28,628 nt of DNA from Candidatus Hadarchaeum sp. (GCA_038851515.1 JAWCKT010000002.1:1-28628); one strand, 5' to 3'. Numbered from the stretch's first letter, positions 9,091 to 19,582 are shown. Translations and numbers: made by a program. The notes: generated by a model not told the origin, from the sequence alone.

Positions 9091-9746
9091 GCCCTTTCCT
9101 CCTTAAGCACATATCGCCCCCGGCTTTCAATCTCTTTAGCTCTTTCGATTATCTCCTCTGCTCCTTCCCCAAACTCCTCCCGATAGCCCGAGAGAATCTC
9201 TGCATAAGCTTGGCCTGCTATTCTAAAGTGAGTACTCTGGAGTGCGCGCTTCAGCAAGTGCAAGTCAACGCCCCTCTCCTCGGTTGACGAATCATATCCT
9301 CCCAGACCGAAATCGACAAAATAGATCCTGCCATCGGGTCTGATGATCATGTTGGAAGTGGTGAGATCCCCGTGGATTATCCCAGCCCGGTGAAGCCTCG
9401 CGACATGTCTGCCTATTATGCGACATAACTCCCTTCTTTTTTCAGGCCTGAGCTTATCTAGAACCAACTTTACCTGTTTACCTTCAATAAATTCCATGAT
9501 AATCCTTGTATTCCTCCTATCCACCTCATAAACAATCGGTGCCAGTACGCCTGCACGCTTGGCATCAAAAAGTAGCTTGGCTTCTTGCGCTGTTCTCGAT
9601 TCACGAAGTCGAATGTCCAACTCACCGATTCGATAACGTTTAGGAATTCTGGTCTTCATCACGACCTTGCCTTTGCCGGCTGGATGGAGGACCTTCGTGA
9701 ACGACTCCAAGTAAAGATTGGCCTCAGCTCCTTTCTTAATCAGCAT
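9081..9746 (-). CDS. bud32: KEOPS kinase Bud32
   Basis: KKGAEA, LRESRTAQEAKLL, IIHGDLTTSN, FVDFGLG and EERGVDL. Confidence 0.95.
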   Translation of the reverse strand: MLIKKGAEANLYLESFTKVLHPAGKGKVVMKTRIPKRYRIGELDIRLRESRTAQEAKLLFDAKRAGVLAPIVYEVDRRNTRIIMEFIEGKQVKLVLDKLRPEKRRELCRIIGRHVARLHRAGIIHGDLTTSNMIIRPDGRIYFVDFGLGGYDSSTEERGVDLHLLKRALQSTHFRIAGQAYAEILSGYREEFGEGAEEIIERAKEIESRGRYVLKEERAWR

Positions 9747-10742
<996 letters not shown>

Positions 10743-10857
10743 TCAATTTCAATCCTATAATTGGTGAAAATATACGGGTTGTTGCCATGTTCGACTTGGA
10801 TAAAATTAATTGATTTTTTTTCAGTTTAGTTAATCTACAACGTTTAACCAAATAAAA

Positions 10858-10881
10858 TTTATTAAACTACTGTGTTTAATA
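10858..10881 (+). promoter_or_regulatory. Putative tupA TATA box overlapped by a palindrome (candidate operator)
   Basis: TTTATTAA at 10858-10865 after an A-rich BRE-like stretch. Inverted repeat TATTAAAC-N6-GTTTAATA at 10860-10881. Confidence 0.5.
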
Positions 10882-11835
10882 TTGCTGGGATTTGAAGTGA
10901 AATTCAACCTACTGTCGGCGGTACTAATCGCAATTGCCCTTACCCTTTCGCTCTCCCTCGGAGCCTATCGAGGCCAAGACAGATTGATTGTCTCTACGAC
11001 TACCAGCCTTTACGACGCAGGGTTATTGGACTTCATTGCGGAGCGCTATTTTGAACTTTACCACGTCAAGCTTGACTTCATCGCGTCAGGAACCGGCCAA
11101 GCTCTGGAACTGGCGAAAAACGGTGATGTCGATGTTGTCCTGACACACTCTCCTGCCTTAGAAAACAAATTTTTGAAGGATGGGGTGGTTGGGGGAAGGA
11201 AAATTATCGCCTACAATTTTTTCATCATCGTTGGTCCGCCTGACGATCCCGCCAACATCGAGGGCCTTCCTACTATTGAGGCTCTCACCAAAATAGCCGC
11301 ACTAAAGGTAACTTGGGTCTCAAGGGGGGACAACTCAGGGACCCACCTTAAGGAAAAAATACTCTGGGAAAAAGCTGGAATAGAGCCCTATGGCCAATCC
11401 TGGTATATAGAATCAGGTTCTGGAATGGGACAGACGCTGGGAATTGCTACCGAAAAAAGAGCTTACACTTTAACAGACACTGGAACCTACCTCAGATATC
11501 AGAATGAAGGAATAACGAATTTGGACATCATCATCAAGAGTGGCGAGGAGCTGCTCAACGTCTACAGCGTTATGGCTGTTAACCCAAAAAGAAATCCCGG
11601 AGTAAACTTCGACGAGGCTTTAAATCTAATAAAATTTCTGGTTTCCGACGCTGGGCAAGCGCTGATCAAAGAATTTGGGATGGAAGAGTATGGGACCTCG
11701 CTTTTCCTGCCAGCCGTGCCAATTCTCAGAAATACCTCCGACCCAATTGCTGGTTGGATACGGGACTATGCATTTATTGACAACAGCGAATGCCCACCGG
11801 AATTCAGGTTAGGGCAGGAGGAACTGTACCAATGA
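10882..11835 (+). CDS. tupA: Tungstate ABC transporter substrate-binding protein
   Basis: Hydrophobic N-terminal anchor, TTTSLYDAGLL (TupA TTTS signature), GTGQAL, SRGDNSGTH and YTLTDTGT. The true start may be GTG 10897. Confidence 0.9.
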   Translation: MLGFEVKFNLLSAVLIAIALTLSLSLGAYRGQDRLIVSTTTSLYDAGLLDFIAERYFELYHVKLDFIASGTGQALELAKNGDVDVVLTHSPALENKFLKDGVVGGRKIIAYNFFIIVGPPDDPANIEGLPTIEALTKIAALKVTWVSRGDNSGTHLKEKILWEKAGIEPYGQSWYIESGSGMGQTLGIATEKRAYTLTDTGTYLRYQNEGITNLDIIIKSGEELLNVYSVMAVNPKRNPGVNFDEALNLIKFLVSDAGQALIKEFGMEEYGTSLFLPAVPILRNTSDPIAGWIRDYAFIDNSECPPEFRLGQEELYQ

Positions 11836-12467
11836 ACCAGCAGCTTTTGGATATCGTTCTTCGGTCGATATGGATTTCAGGGACCGCCTTACTTCTCTCT
11901 CTACTGTGGAGTCTGCCGATTTCGCTGGCTCTAGGTCTTAAAAGATTCAGGGGGAGAAACTTAATCATCAGCTTCTTCAACGCCATGCTGGGTATACCAA
12001 CAGTCGCTCTTGGGCTTTTTCTTTACATGATCTTCTCGCGCCAGGGTGCTTTAGGAGCCCTTGGTCTTCTCTACACGCCAACAGCAATTATAATCGGACA
12101 AGCCGCGCTGATAACACCAATTCTGGTCAGTCTACTAACCAACGCCATCGAATCCGTGGAACCAAGAATTAGAGATTTAGCCAGAACGCTGGGCGCAACT
12201 GAACGTCAAGCTTCTCTCACCGTTTTGAGGGAAGCTAAAAAAGGCGGCGTCCTAGCCGGGGTTTCCGCTTTTAACCGAGCCATCGCTGAGCTTGGCATAG
12301 CGCTTATGCTGGGAGGAAATATCCAAGGCCTTACTAGGGTGATGACGACTCAAATCGCCTTAGGTGTGAACCGCGGTGAGATAGTTCTTTCAATTGAGGC
12401 TACCGTGGTGCTCTTGATCATCGTCTTTACACTGACACTGATCGCCAACCGCTTTAGGGGGGATTAG
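11832..12467 (+). CDS. tupB: Tungstate ABC transporter permease
   Basis: Hydrophobic protein with GIPTVALGL, ARTLGA, RAIAELG and TRVMTTQI. ATG 11832 overlaps the tupA stop (ATGA). Confidence 0.9.
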   Translation: MNQQLLDIVLRSIWISGTALLLSLLWSLPISLALGLKRFRGRNLIISFFNAMLGIPTVALGLFLYMIFSRQGALGALGLLYTPTAIIIGQAALITPILVSLLTNAIESVEPRIRDLARTLGATERQASLTVLREAKKGGVLAGVSAFNRAIAELGIALMLGGNIQGLTRVMTTQIALGVNRGEIVLSIEATVVLLIIVFTLTLIANRFRGD

Positions 12468-13187
12468 TTGAGCACCCACGTAAAACTGGAGAAGATAACT
12501 CGAAAATACGACGGCATAGCGGCGCTACGGGGCGTAAGTTTAGATGTTAAAAGCGGCGAAATTTTGACGATAATTGGTCCCAACGGCGCGGGCAAGACAA
12601 CTTTGCTGAGAATACTGGCCCTGTTAGACAAACCGTCATCGGGGAAACTCATCTACCAAGGACAATCTGTGGATAGTTCAAACACACCCTTCCTCAGGAA
12701 AAAAATAACCATGGTCTTTCAAAGACCTATACTGTTAAATGATACTGTTTTTGAAAACGTTGCTTACGGGCTGAAGCTGAGGGGCTTAACGGAGGATGAA
12801 ATTGCCGATCGGGTAGAAGCTGCCCTTGACTCGGTAATGTTAAAAAACTTCGCCCATCGAATGGCAAAAAAATTATCCGGAGGCGAACAACAGCGAGTTG
12901 TCCTAGCTAGGGCCCTAGCCTTAAACCCGGAACTGCTGCTTCTAGACGAACCAACCGCAAATCTCGATCCAACCAGCGCCACCATTGTTGAAAAAATCAT
13001 CAGACAGTTGCGCGGAAGGAGCACGGTTGTGGTCGCCACACACAACATTTTCCAAGCCAAAAGGCTTTCCGATAGGGTCGGTTGCATACTTAACGGTAAG
13101 ATTATTGATGTCGACAAACCGAAAAATATCTTCACCAAACCCCGAAACGAAATAATTAGAAAGTTCGCCCGCGGTGAGTTCTTCTAA
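12468..13187 (+). CDS. tupC: Tungstate ABC transporter ATP-binding protein
   Basis: Walker A GPNGAGKT, signature LSGGEQQR and Walker B LLLDEPTANLD. Confidence 0.9.
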   Translation: MSTHVKLEKITRKYDGIAALRGVSLDVKSGEILTIIGPNGAGKTTLLRILALLDKPSSGKLIYQGQSVDSSNTPFLRKKITMVFQRPILLNDTVFENVAYGLKLRGLTEDEIADRVEAALDSVMLKNFAHRMAKKLSGGEQQRVVLARALALNPELLLLDEPTANLDPTSATIVEKIIRQLRGRSTVVVATHNIFQAKRLSDRVGCILNGKIIDVDKPKNIFTKPRNEIIRKFARGEFF

Positions 13188-13240
13188 ATTATTCCTCATC
13201 CTTTTAACCAGAAAAATGAAAGCTAAATCAGAGGCGAAAT

Positions 13241-13468
13241 ATGCAGGCGTTGGTGTATATAAGAACCGAGCCAGGCAAGGCGCTTAAGTTGTTGGATGCC
13301 GTCAAGAAGATTCAAGGGGTCCAAGTGGCCTTCGCAACCACGGGAAGGTTCGACATCGTGGCTAGAATCGAAGCCGCAGACTTAAAGTCACTCGGTGAAA
13401 CCATCGTGGGTAAGATACAGTCACTACAGGGAGTAAAATACACTGAGACCTCACTAATAGTGGCCTAA
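13241..13468 (+). CDS. Stand-alone Lrp/AsnC ligand-binding (RAM) domain protein
   Basis: 75 aa with ALVYIRTEPGK, TTGRFDIVARIE and GVKYTETSL. No HTH domain. Confidence 0.8.
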   Translation: MQALVYIRTEPGKALKLLDAVKKIQGVQVAFATTGRFDIVARIEAADLKSLGETIVGKIQSLQGVKYTETSLIVA

Positions 13469-13547
13469 ATTAACCGGACTAGGATACCGATGCCAGCCGA
13501 TTCAGCCAAGATTAGTTTTCTTCCGACAACAAACTGGAGCAGGTAAT

Positions 13548-14399
13548 ATGGTGGCGGTTGTCTTTCTTGGTTCCGGCGGCGGAAGGTTCCAGATGGTCGG
13601 CCAGTACTTCAAAACAGGTGGATTCAGAATCCACACCGGAGTAAAGGTACATGTCGACCCCGGCCCCGGCGCACTCCTGCTCACCCATCAGTATGGACTC
13701 AACCCCTTGGACCTAGACGGTATCGTCGTCACACACTGCCACCCCGATCATTATACCGACACTGAAGTACTAATTGAAGCAATGACGAAGCATTCGACAA
13801 AGAAGAGGGGATCGCTGATCTGCAGCCGAAGCGTCATTGATGGAGTCGAAGGTTATGGCCCTGCCGTATCAAAATACCACCAAAGAAAACCGGAAAAACT
13901 GGTAATACTTAATAACGGAGATAAATTTCGGCTGAACGACCTCGAGTTAGAAGCGGTGCCTGCGAAGCACAGCGACCCCACTACTTTCGGCACCATCTTC
14001 CACACGGACGACGGGGCCATTGGTTATACCAGCGACACCCAGTATTTCGAGGGGATTTCCCGATACTACGCTGGAGTTAGGATTCTCATCGCCAACGTGA
14101 CGCGTCCACTGTCGATGAGGATACCCTGGCACTTGTGCTCTGAAGACCTCGTAAAAATTCTCACCGAAGTTAAGCCTGAGCTAGTCGTGATGATTCATAT
14201 GGGTATGATGTTTCTAAAACACGAGCCACAATCCGAGGCGGAGAAGATAAAATCTGAAACGGGAGTAAAAACCATCCCAGGACAAGTTGGTCTCCGTGTA
14301 GATATGGATGATAAAATTAAAATAACCCGGCCAACAAGACAGCCGACCTTAGAGGAATTTACTAGGCCAAAGTTGGAAAACTTTGCTGGAGTTGAATAA
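13548..14399 (+). CDS. MBL-fold metallo-hydrolase
   Basis: FLGSGGGR, VDPGPGAL, HxHxDH (THCHPDH), HSDP and YTSDT. Confidence 0.85.
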   Translation: MVAVVFLGSGGGRFQMVGQYFKTGGFRIHTGVKVHVDPGPGALLLTHQYGLNPLDLDGIVVTHCHPDHYTDTEVLIEAMTKHSTKKRGSLICSRSVIDGVEGYGPAVSKYHQRKPEKLVILNNGDKFRLNDLELEAVPAKHSDPTTFGTIFHTDDGAIGYTSDTQYFEGISRYYAGVRILIANVTRPLSMRIPWHLCSEDLVKILTEVKPELVVMIHMGMMFLKHEPQSEAEKIKSETGVKTIPGQVGLRVDMDDKIKITRPTRQPTLEEFTRPKLENFAGVE

Positions 14400-14490
14400 A
14401 AAAAGAGCAGAAAATAGGCCATTTCGAAAAAAAGTCATTAAAAGACCCAAAATCTTTTATAAACTACGCTAAAGGGGGAATGGTGAATAT

Positions 14491-15813
14491 ATGGTTGGAC
14501 TAAAACTTGAAAAATCCCGCAAACTTTGTGAAAAATCTAAAAAAATCCAAGCTGGCGGAACAGGAAGCACTCAAAGATTGAAAGTGATAACTGTTGACGG
14601 CACCACGATATATATGGATAGGGGAATGGGCTCGAAGATCTACGACGTTGATGGAAATGAATACATCGATTATTATCTGGACTATGGGCCGCTGATAAAT
14701 GGTCATGCTCATCCCGCCATAGTAGAGGCGATTAAAAAGCAGCTTGAAAAGGGCACCATGTACGGAATAAACAATGAACTTGAACTTACCCTCTGTGAAA
14801 AGCTCATAAAACATGTGCCCTGTGCGGAAATGGTCGGATTTCACAGCTCAGGCTCCGAAGCTGTCCACACGGCGATCAGACTAGCTAGGGCCTACACGGG
14901 CAAGACCAAGATTATAAAGTTTGAGGGGCATTACCATGGGTGGTTCGATGACGTCAATATTTCTGCCTTCAGCCCACCGAAGGGACCGGAAGAATCACCG
15001 GAACCAGTGCTCGCTGCGCCGCTCTGCCAGCCGAAGAGCGTCCTAGAAAACATCATCGTTCTGCCTTGGAACAACGAAGAAGTTTTGGAAAAGACGCTCA
15101 AAAAGCAGGGAAAGGAAGTTGCTGGCGTTATTATGGAACCTATTGAACTGGGCCATGGAATCCTTCCCAAAGAGGGTTACATGAAAGCTGTCAGAGAGCT
15201 GACGGAAAAATACAATGTTCTCCTGATTTTCGACGAGGTGAAGACCTTGTTCCGAGTTGGATTAGGTGGGGCTCAGGGATACCTTAAGGTGACGCCGGAT
15301 CTCTTCGTTTGTTCAAAGGCCATGGGTGGCGGCCTGCCAATCAGCGCCTACGGCGGTAAAAAAGAAGTGGTCGAGCTGATCTCTCAAGGCAAGGTTCCGG
15401 CCATGGGTACCTACAACGCCAACCCGCTGTCTCTAGCTGGGGCCATCGCAAACATCGAGGTGCTGGAAAAGGACGGCGGAAAGGCTTATAAACACATGTA
15501 CCGGGTCGGAGAAAGGCTCATGAAAGGAATTAGAGAAATATTCGAGGAACTGAATGTGAAAGCAATCGTTAAAGGACTGCCCTGCCAGTTCGTCACCTGT
15601 TTCACAGAAATGTCGGCTGATGAAATCAACAACTACCGTGCTTGGTCCAAAGCGGCGGCATCTGCTCCGGAAAGTGGAGAAAAATTCAGAGTAGAACTGC
15701 TCCACAGAGGAGTGTTCAGCAGCTATCCCGACTGGCACCTGTCCACAGTTCACAGCGATAGCGATGTGGAAAAAACTTTGAAAGCTGTGGAGGAATCTCT
15801 CAAGGCCATTTGA
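14491..15813 (+). CDS. Class III PLP aminotransferase, glutamate-1-semialdehyde aminomutase (HemL)-like
   Basis: DVDGNEYIDY, SSGSEA, KFEGHYHG, LIFDEVKT, SKAMGGGLP and GTYNANP. The substrate is uncertain. Confidence 0.8.
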   Translation: MVGLKLEKSRKLCEKSKKIQAGGTGSTQRLKVITVDGTTIYMDRGMGSKIYDVDGNEYIDYYLDYGPLINGHAHPAIVEAIKKQLEKGTMYGINNELELTLCEKLIKHVPCAEMVGFHSSGSEAVHTAIRLARAYTGKTKIIKFEGHYHGWFDDVNISAFSPPKGPEESPEPVLAAPLCQPKSVLENIIVLPWNNEEVLEKTLKKQGKEVAGVIMEPIELGHGILPKEGYMKAVRELTEKYNVLLIFDEVKTLFRVGLGGAQGYLKVTPDLFVCSKAMGGGLPISAYGGKKEVVELISQGKVPAMGTYNANPLSLAGAIANIEVLEKDGGKAYKHMYRVGERLMKGIREIFEELNVKAIVKGLPCQFVTCFTEMSADEINNYRAWSKAAASAPESGEKFRVELLHRGVFSSYPDWHLSTVHSDSDVEKTLKAVEESLKAI

Positions 15814-15849
15814 TTTAGTATAAATCAAACGCGACTATTTGGGATCACG

Positions 15850-15902
15850 GCACCGGGAATCTAATTTTAACTTCATGATTCCCGGTTGCTCGGCCATTTT
15901 TT
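15850..15902 (+). terminator. Stem-loop plus T-run downstream of the aminotransferase gene
   Basis: ACCGGGAATC (15852-15861) pairs with GATTCCCGGT (15877-15886). TTTTTT follows at 15897-15902. Confidence 0.45.
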
Positions 15903-16028
15903 CGATGCCTTGTGATTTCTGAAAATGACTTGTAAAAAACAATAGACGGGCCAGCGAACACCATTAACGGTTATTTTATATCAACAGGCTGAAAAGGTGT
16001 TGAAGGAACACCATAAGAGGAGGGTATA

Positions 16029-18719
16029 ATGGAAATACCGAAGGACTATGATCCATTGAAAGTGGAGCCAAAGTGGCAAAAATACTGGGAAAAGTTGGGC
16101 GTTCACCGCTTCAAGCGCGATGACCTCAAAGCACCAACCTATGTCATCGATACCCCGCCGCCGTATCCGAGCGGGGAGTTTCACATGGGCACGGCGCTGA
16201 ACTGGACCTACTTCGACATCGTGGCCAGATACAAGCGAATGCGGGGCTTCAACGTCCTTTTTCCACAGGGTTGGGACTGTCACGGACTGCCCACTGAAGT
16301 CCAAGTGGAGAAAAAGTATGGAATCAGAAAGGGAGACCTTCCTGCGGAGAAATTCCGAGAACTCTGTGTGAAGTTAACCACGGAAAACATTGCCCATATG
16401 AAGGAAGAGATGAATTCCTTTGGCTTTTCCATTGACTGGACCACTGAGTACCGCACCATGGATCCCAGCTACTATGGAAAGACTCAACTCTCTTTTGTCC
16501 AGCTTTACAAAAAGGGACTGATTTACAGGGGAGAGCATCCGGTCAACTGGTGCCCGCGCTGTGAGACTGCCATAGCCGACGCTGAGGTCGAATATCAGGA
16601 GAAAAAAACCACCCTCCACTACATCAGGTTCAAGTTACTCGATGAAAAAGAAACTCTGACCATTGCCACCACCAGGCCGGAATATTTGCCCGCTTGCGTG
16701 GCCGTGGCCGTTCATCCCGATGACAAAAGATACCAAAAATACGTGGGGAAAAAGCTCGAAGTCCCGCCGCTAGGAAATTTAGTGGAAATCATCGAAGACC
16801 CAGAGGTTGACCCTCACTTTGGCACCGGCGTGGTGATGATCTGTACCTTTGGAGATAAGACCGACGTGAAGTGGGTGAAGCGTTACAAACTACCAGTCAT
16901 CAAGCTGATCGACGAAACGGGCAGGATGACCGAAGCTACAGGAAAATACTTCGGAATGACAATTGAAGGGGCTCGGAGGTCGATTGTGGAGGACCTGCGA
17001 GAGGCGGGACTGATAGAAAAACAAGAAGAATTTCCCCATGCCGTTGGCGTCTGCTGGCGCTGCAAAACACCGGTTGAAATCTTAAGCAAGCCGCAGTGGT
17101 TCATGCGCGTGCTCGCCCTGAACGACCTTGCCATCGAAGAAGCGAAAAAGATCCGGTGGGTTCCGGAACATATGCTCACTCGATTCATCGACTGGGTAAA
17201 ATCAATGGACTGGGATTGGGTAATCTCAAGGCAGAGGATCTTTGCAACACCCATCCCGGCCTGGTACTGCGCTAGCTGCCGACAACCGATAGTGGCTGAG
17301 GAAAAGCAGCTGCCAGTGAACCCGATTAAAGACCCGCCGCCGGTTAACCAGTGTCCCAACTGCGGTGGTCAAAAATTTGAACCAGAACAGGACGTTCTCG
17401 ACACATGGATGGACAGTTCAATCACCATAGCTGTCCATGCCGGCTGGCCCGATCTCGACCCAAGACTTTTCCCTGCAGACCTTCAACCGAACGGTACTGA
17501 CATTATCCGAACCTGGGACTATTATCTGATGGTCCGTCATCTGGCCCTTCTCAACAAGGCACCCTACAGGACGGTGATGATCAACGGCATGGTTCTCGGC
17601 ACTGACGGCCGAGCCATGCACAAGTCGCTGGGAAATTATGTAGATAGCAGCAAGGCACGTGATAAATACGGCGCCGACGCCCTGCGGCAATGGGCGGCAA
17701 TTGGGGCATCCACGGGCGCCGACATACCTTTCAGCTGGAAAGATGTAGAGTTCAGCTACCGTTTCTTGAGAAAATTCTGGAACGCAATCAGGTTCGCCAG
17801 CCCTCACTTGAAGCCCGAAATTATTCAACAGGACAAAAAAAAGGTTAACCTGCGTCCGATCGACCGCTGGATGCTGAGCCGAGTGAATAGGCTGGTCAAG
17901 GATATCACTGGATGGCTCGAGGACTTTCAGTTCAACCGCGCTCTCGGGGAACTGCACAACTTTGTCTGGCATGAACTCTGTGATATGTACATTGAGGAGG
18001 TAAAGTACAGGCTCTATGGAAAGGATAAAACACCAGATGGGGCCGCTTTTACCCTCGGACACGTCATGATGACAACGATAAAAATGCTGGCCCCCTTCGT
18101 CCCCCATTTCGCTGAGGAAGTTTACCAGACCTTTTTTTCCGCCATGGAAAAACAGCCCAGCATCCATCTCACCAAATGGCCCGAACCGGATGAGTCCGCC
18201 ATAGATGGGTCAGCTGAGGAACTTGGAAAAATCGTCAACAAGGTGGTCAGCGCACTGAGACAGTTTAAATCAGCTAGGAAGCTAGCGCTCAACACTGAGA
18301 TACCGGAACTGATAATTTACGCCCCAGACCAGAAGTTGCGCAAACAGCTCGAGGAAATCGTTGAAGATATTGCTGGCACGATGCAGGTGAAGGAAATTAA
18401 AATACTGTCTGAAAAACCCGAACTGGAGGAACGCCTGATCTCGATTGAGCCCAACTTCGCCAAGCTGGGATCACGTCTACGCGACGATTTAAAGGCCGTT
18501 ACCGAGGCCCTGCGCAGGACTAGTCCCACAGAGGTATCAAAACAGCTGGAAAGAGGAAAGATCGCCATAGAGATACCAAACAAGGTTATCGAACTCACCC
18601 TAGACGAACTTAAGATAACTAAAGAAACGGTTAGAAAGGGCCATCGGGTGGAAGTAATTGACTTAACCGAGCCAACGCTGACGCTGCTCCTGCCACTAGG
18701 TGGGTTTGGAAAGCAATGA
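16029..18719 (+). CDS. valS: Valyl-tRNA synthetase (archaeal type)
   Basis: DTPPPYPSGEFHMG, GWDCHGLPTE, DWVISRQR, DVLDTWMDSS and KMSKS variant AMHKS. GAGGAGGGT RBS. Confidence 0.97.
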   Translation: MEIPKDYDPLKVEPKWQKYWEKLGVHRFKRDDLKAPTYVIDTPPPYPSGEFHMGTALNWTYFDIVARYKRMRGFNVLFPQGWDCHGLPTEVQVEKKYGIRKGDLPAEKFRELCVKLTTENIAHMKEEMNSFGFSIDWTTEYRTMDPSYYGKTQLSFVQLYKKGLIYRGEHPVNWCPRCETAIADAEVEYQEKKTTLHYIRFKLLDEKETLTIATTRPEYLPACVAVAVHPDDKRYQKYVGKKLEVPPLGNLVEIIEDPEVDPHFGTGVVMICTFGDKTDVKWVKRYKLPVIKLIDETGRMTEATGKYFGMTIEGARRSIVEDLREAGLIEKQEEFPHAVGVCWRCKTPVEILSKPQWFMRVLALNDLAIEEAKKIRWVPEHMLTRFIDWVKSMDWDWVISRQRIFATPIPAWYCASCRQPIVAEEKQLPVNPIKDPPPVNQCPNCGGQKFEPEQDVLDTWMDSSITIAVHAGWPDLDPRLFPADLQPNGTDIIRTWDYYLMVRHLALLNKAPYRTVMINGMVLGTDGRAMHKSLGNYVDSSKARDKYGADALRQWAAIGASTGADIPFSWKDVEFSYRFLRKFWNAIRFASPHLKPEIIQQDKKKVNLRPIDRWMLSRVNRLVKDITGWLEDFQFNRALGELHNFVWHELCDMYIEEVKYRLYGKDKTPDGAAFTLGHVMMTTIKMLAPFVPHFAEEVYQTFFSAMEKQPSIHLTKWPEPDESAIDGSAEELGKIVNKVVSALRQFKSARKLALNTEIPELIIYAPDQKLRKQLEEIVEDIAGTMQVKEIKILSEKPELEERLISIEPNFAKLGSRLRDDLKAVTEALRRTSPTEVSKQLERGKIAIEIPNKVIELTLDELKITKETVRKGHRVEVIDLTEPTLTLLLPLGGFGKQ

Positions 18720-18893
18720 ACTAACGATGATAAAGATAAAGAGGATGACGAAGATTACCAGCATTATCAATCTCGACCTTTTCATACTCTTCTGCTGTCG
18801 GTTCAATATCTCCTCGCAGGAAAGCGAACAAACCGTCTTGTCTGGATCGGTCGGTTTTCCACAGACGACACAGTGCTTGTGATCCTCTACCAC
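18696..18893 (-). CDS. DUF2116-family Zn-ribbon membrane protein
   Basis: HKHCVVCGKP followed by CSLSCEE and a C-terminal TM helix. Overlaps the pyrH end by 7 nt and the valS end by 24 nt. Confidence 0.8.
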   Translation of the reverse strand: MVEDHKHCVVCGKPTDPDKTVCSLSCEEILNRQQKSMKRSRLIMLVIFVILFIFIIVSSLLSKPT

Positions 18894-19582
18894 TTGCTCA
18901 CCTTAGCTATTACAGTTCCGGTGTGCTTGGCACCATTTAAGATTTCCGGTAAACGCGTTATTTCATGTCTGCCCAGAACGAGCGTCTTGATGTTGGACCT
19001 CTGGATGAGCTTGACCGCCACAGGATCCATAACTGACTTCATTCCTGGCTTATACTCGGCTGAACCAACCAGCTTTGCCAATTCATCCGGGGTGAGCCGG
19101 TCCAACTTCTTGGCCTTGGGATCTAACTTGGGGTCAGCCGTATAGACGCCATCGACGTTAGTAAAGAAAACTAAAATTTCTGACTTGCTGACTTGGGCAA
19201 GCATCGCTGCCACTGCGTCCGTGGTCTGTCCAGGAGTCGTCCCCCCCATTACAGGCACTTTGTTCCTGAAGATGGCTCGCACCGCCTTCTCAAAAACAGT
19301 GGCTGGCGCTGGCTCAGCAATTTCACCCAAGGCTGCGATCAAAAGCTGGGCGTTCAACCTGGTGGCCGCTATCCCAATCTGATCCTGATCAATCCCCGGA
19401 ATGCCGAGTTCCTGCGCCGCGCTTATATACGATCGGGCCAACTCCCCGCCTCCAACCACAATCAATACCTCATGATTTTGAGACCTAAGCTCACGGACCG
19501 TCTTAACGATGTCCCTGATGCAGGCTAAATCAGGTTTACCGGGAACTAAGATCGAGCCACCTAAGCAGATCGTTATCCTCAT
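18887..19582 (-). CDS. pyrH: Uridylate kinase (archaeal)
   Basis: LGGSIL, VVGGG, DQIGIAATRLNA, MGGTTPGQTTDAVAA and TNVDGVYTADPK. Confidence 0.95.
   Translation of the reverse strand: MRITICLGGSILVPGKPDLACIRDIVKTVRELRSQNHEVLIVVGGGELARSYISAAQELGIPGIDQDQIGIAATRLNAQLLIAALGEIAEPAPATVFEKAVRAIFRNKVPVMGGTTPGQTTDAVAAMLAQVSKSEILVFFTNVDGVYTADPKLDPKAKKLDRLTPDELAKLVGSAEYKPGMKSVMDPVAVKLIQRSNIKTLVLGRHEITRLPEILNGAKHTGTVIAKVSKW

Noticed and set aside
12455-12475. In-frame TAG-TTG junction of tupB and tupC as a readthrough fusion
   Set aside because: A GGGGGA RBS precedes the TTG, so ordinary translational coupling explains it.
14417-15931. GGCCATTT copies (14417, 15804, 15892) and an AAGTCATT/AATGACTT pair flanking the aminotransferase, read as insertion scars
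   Set aside because: These are 8-mers with no transposase or integrase and no clear terminal repeats, so chance is likely.
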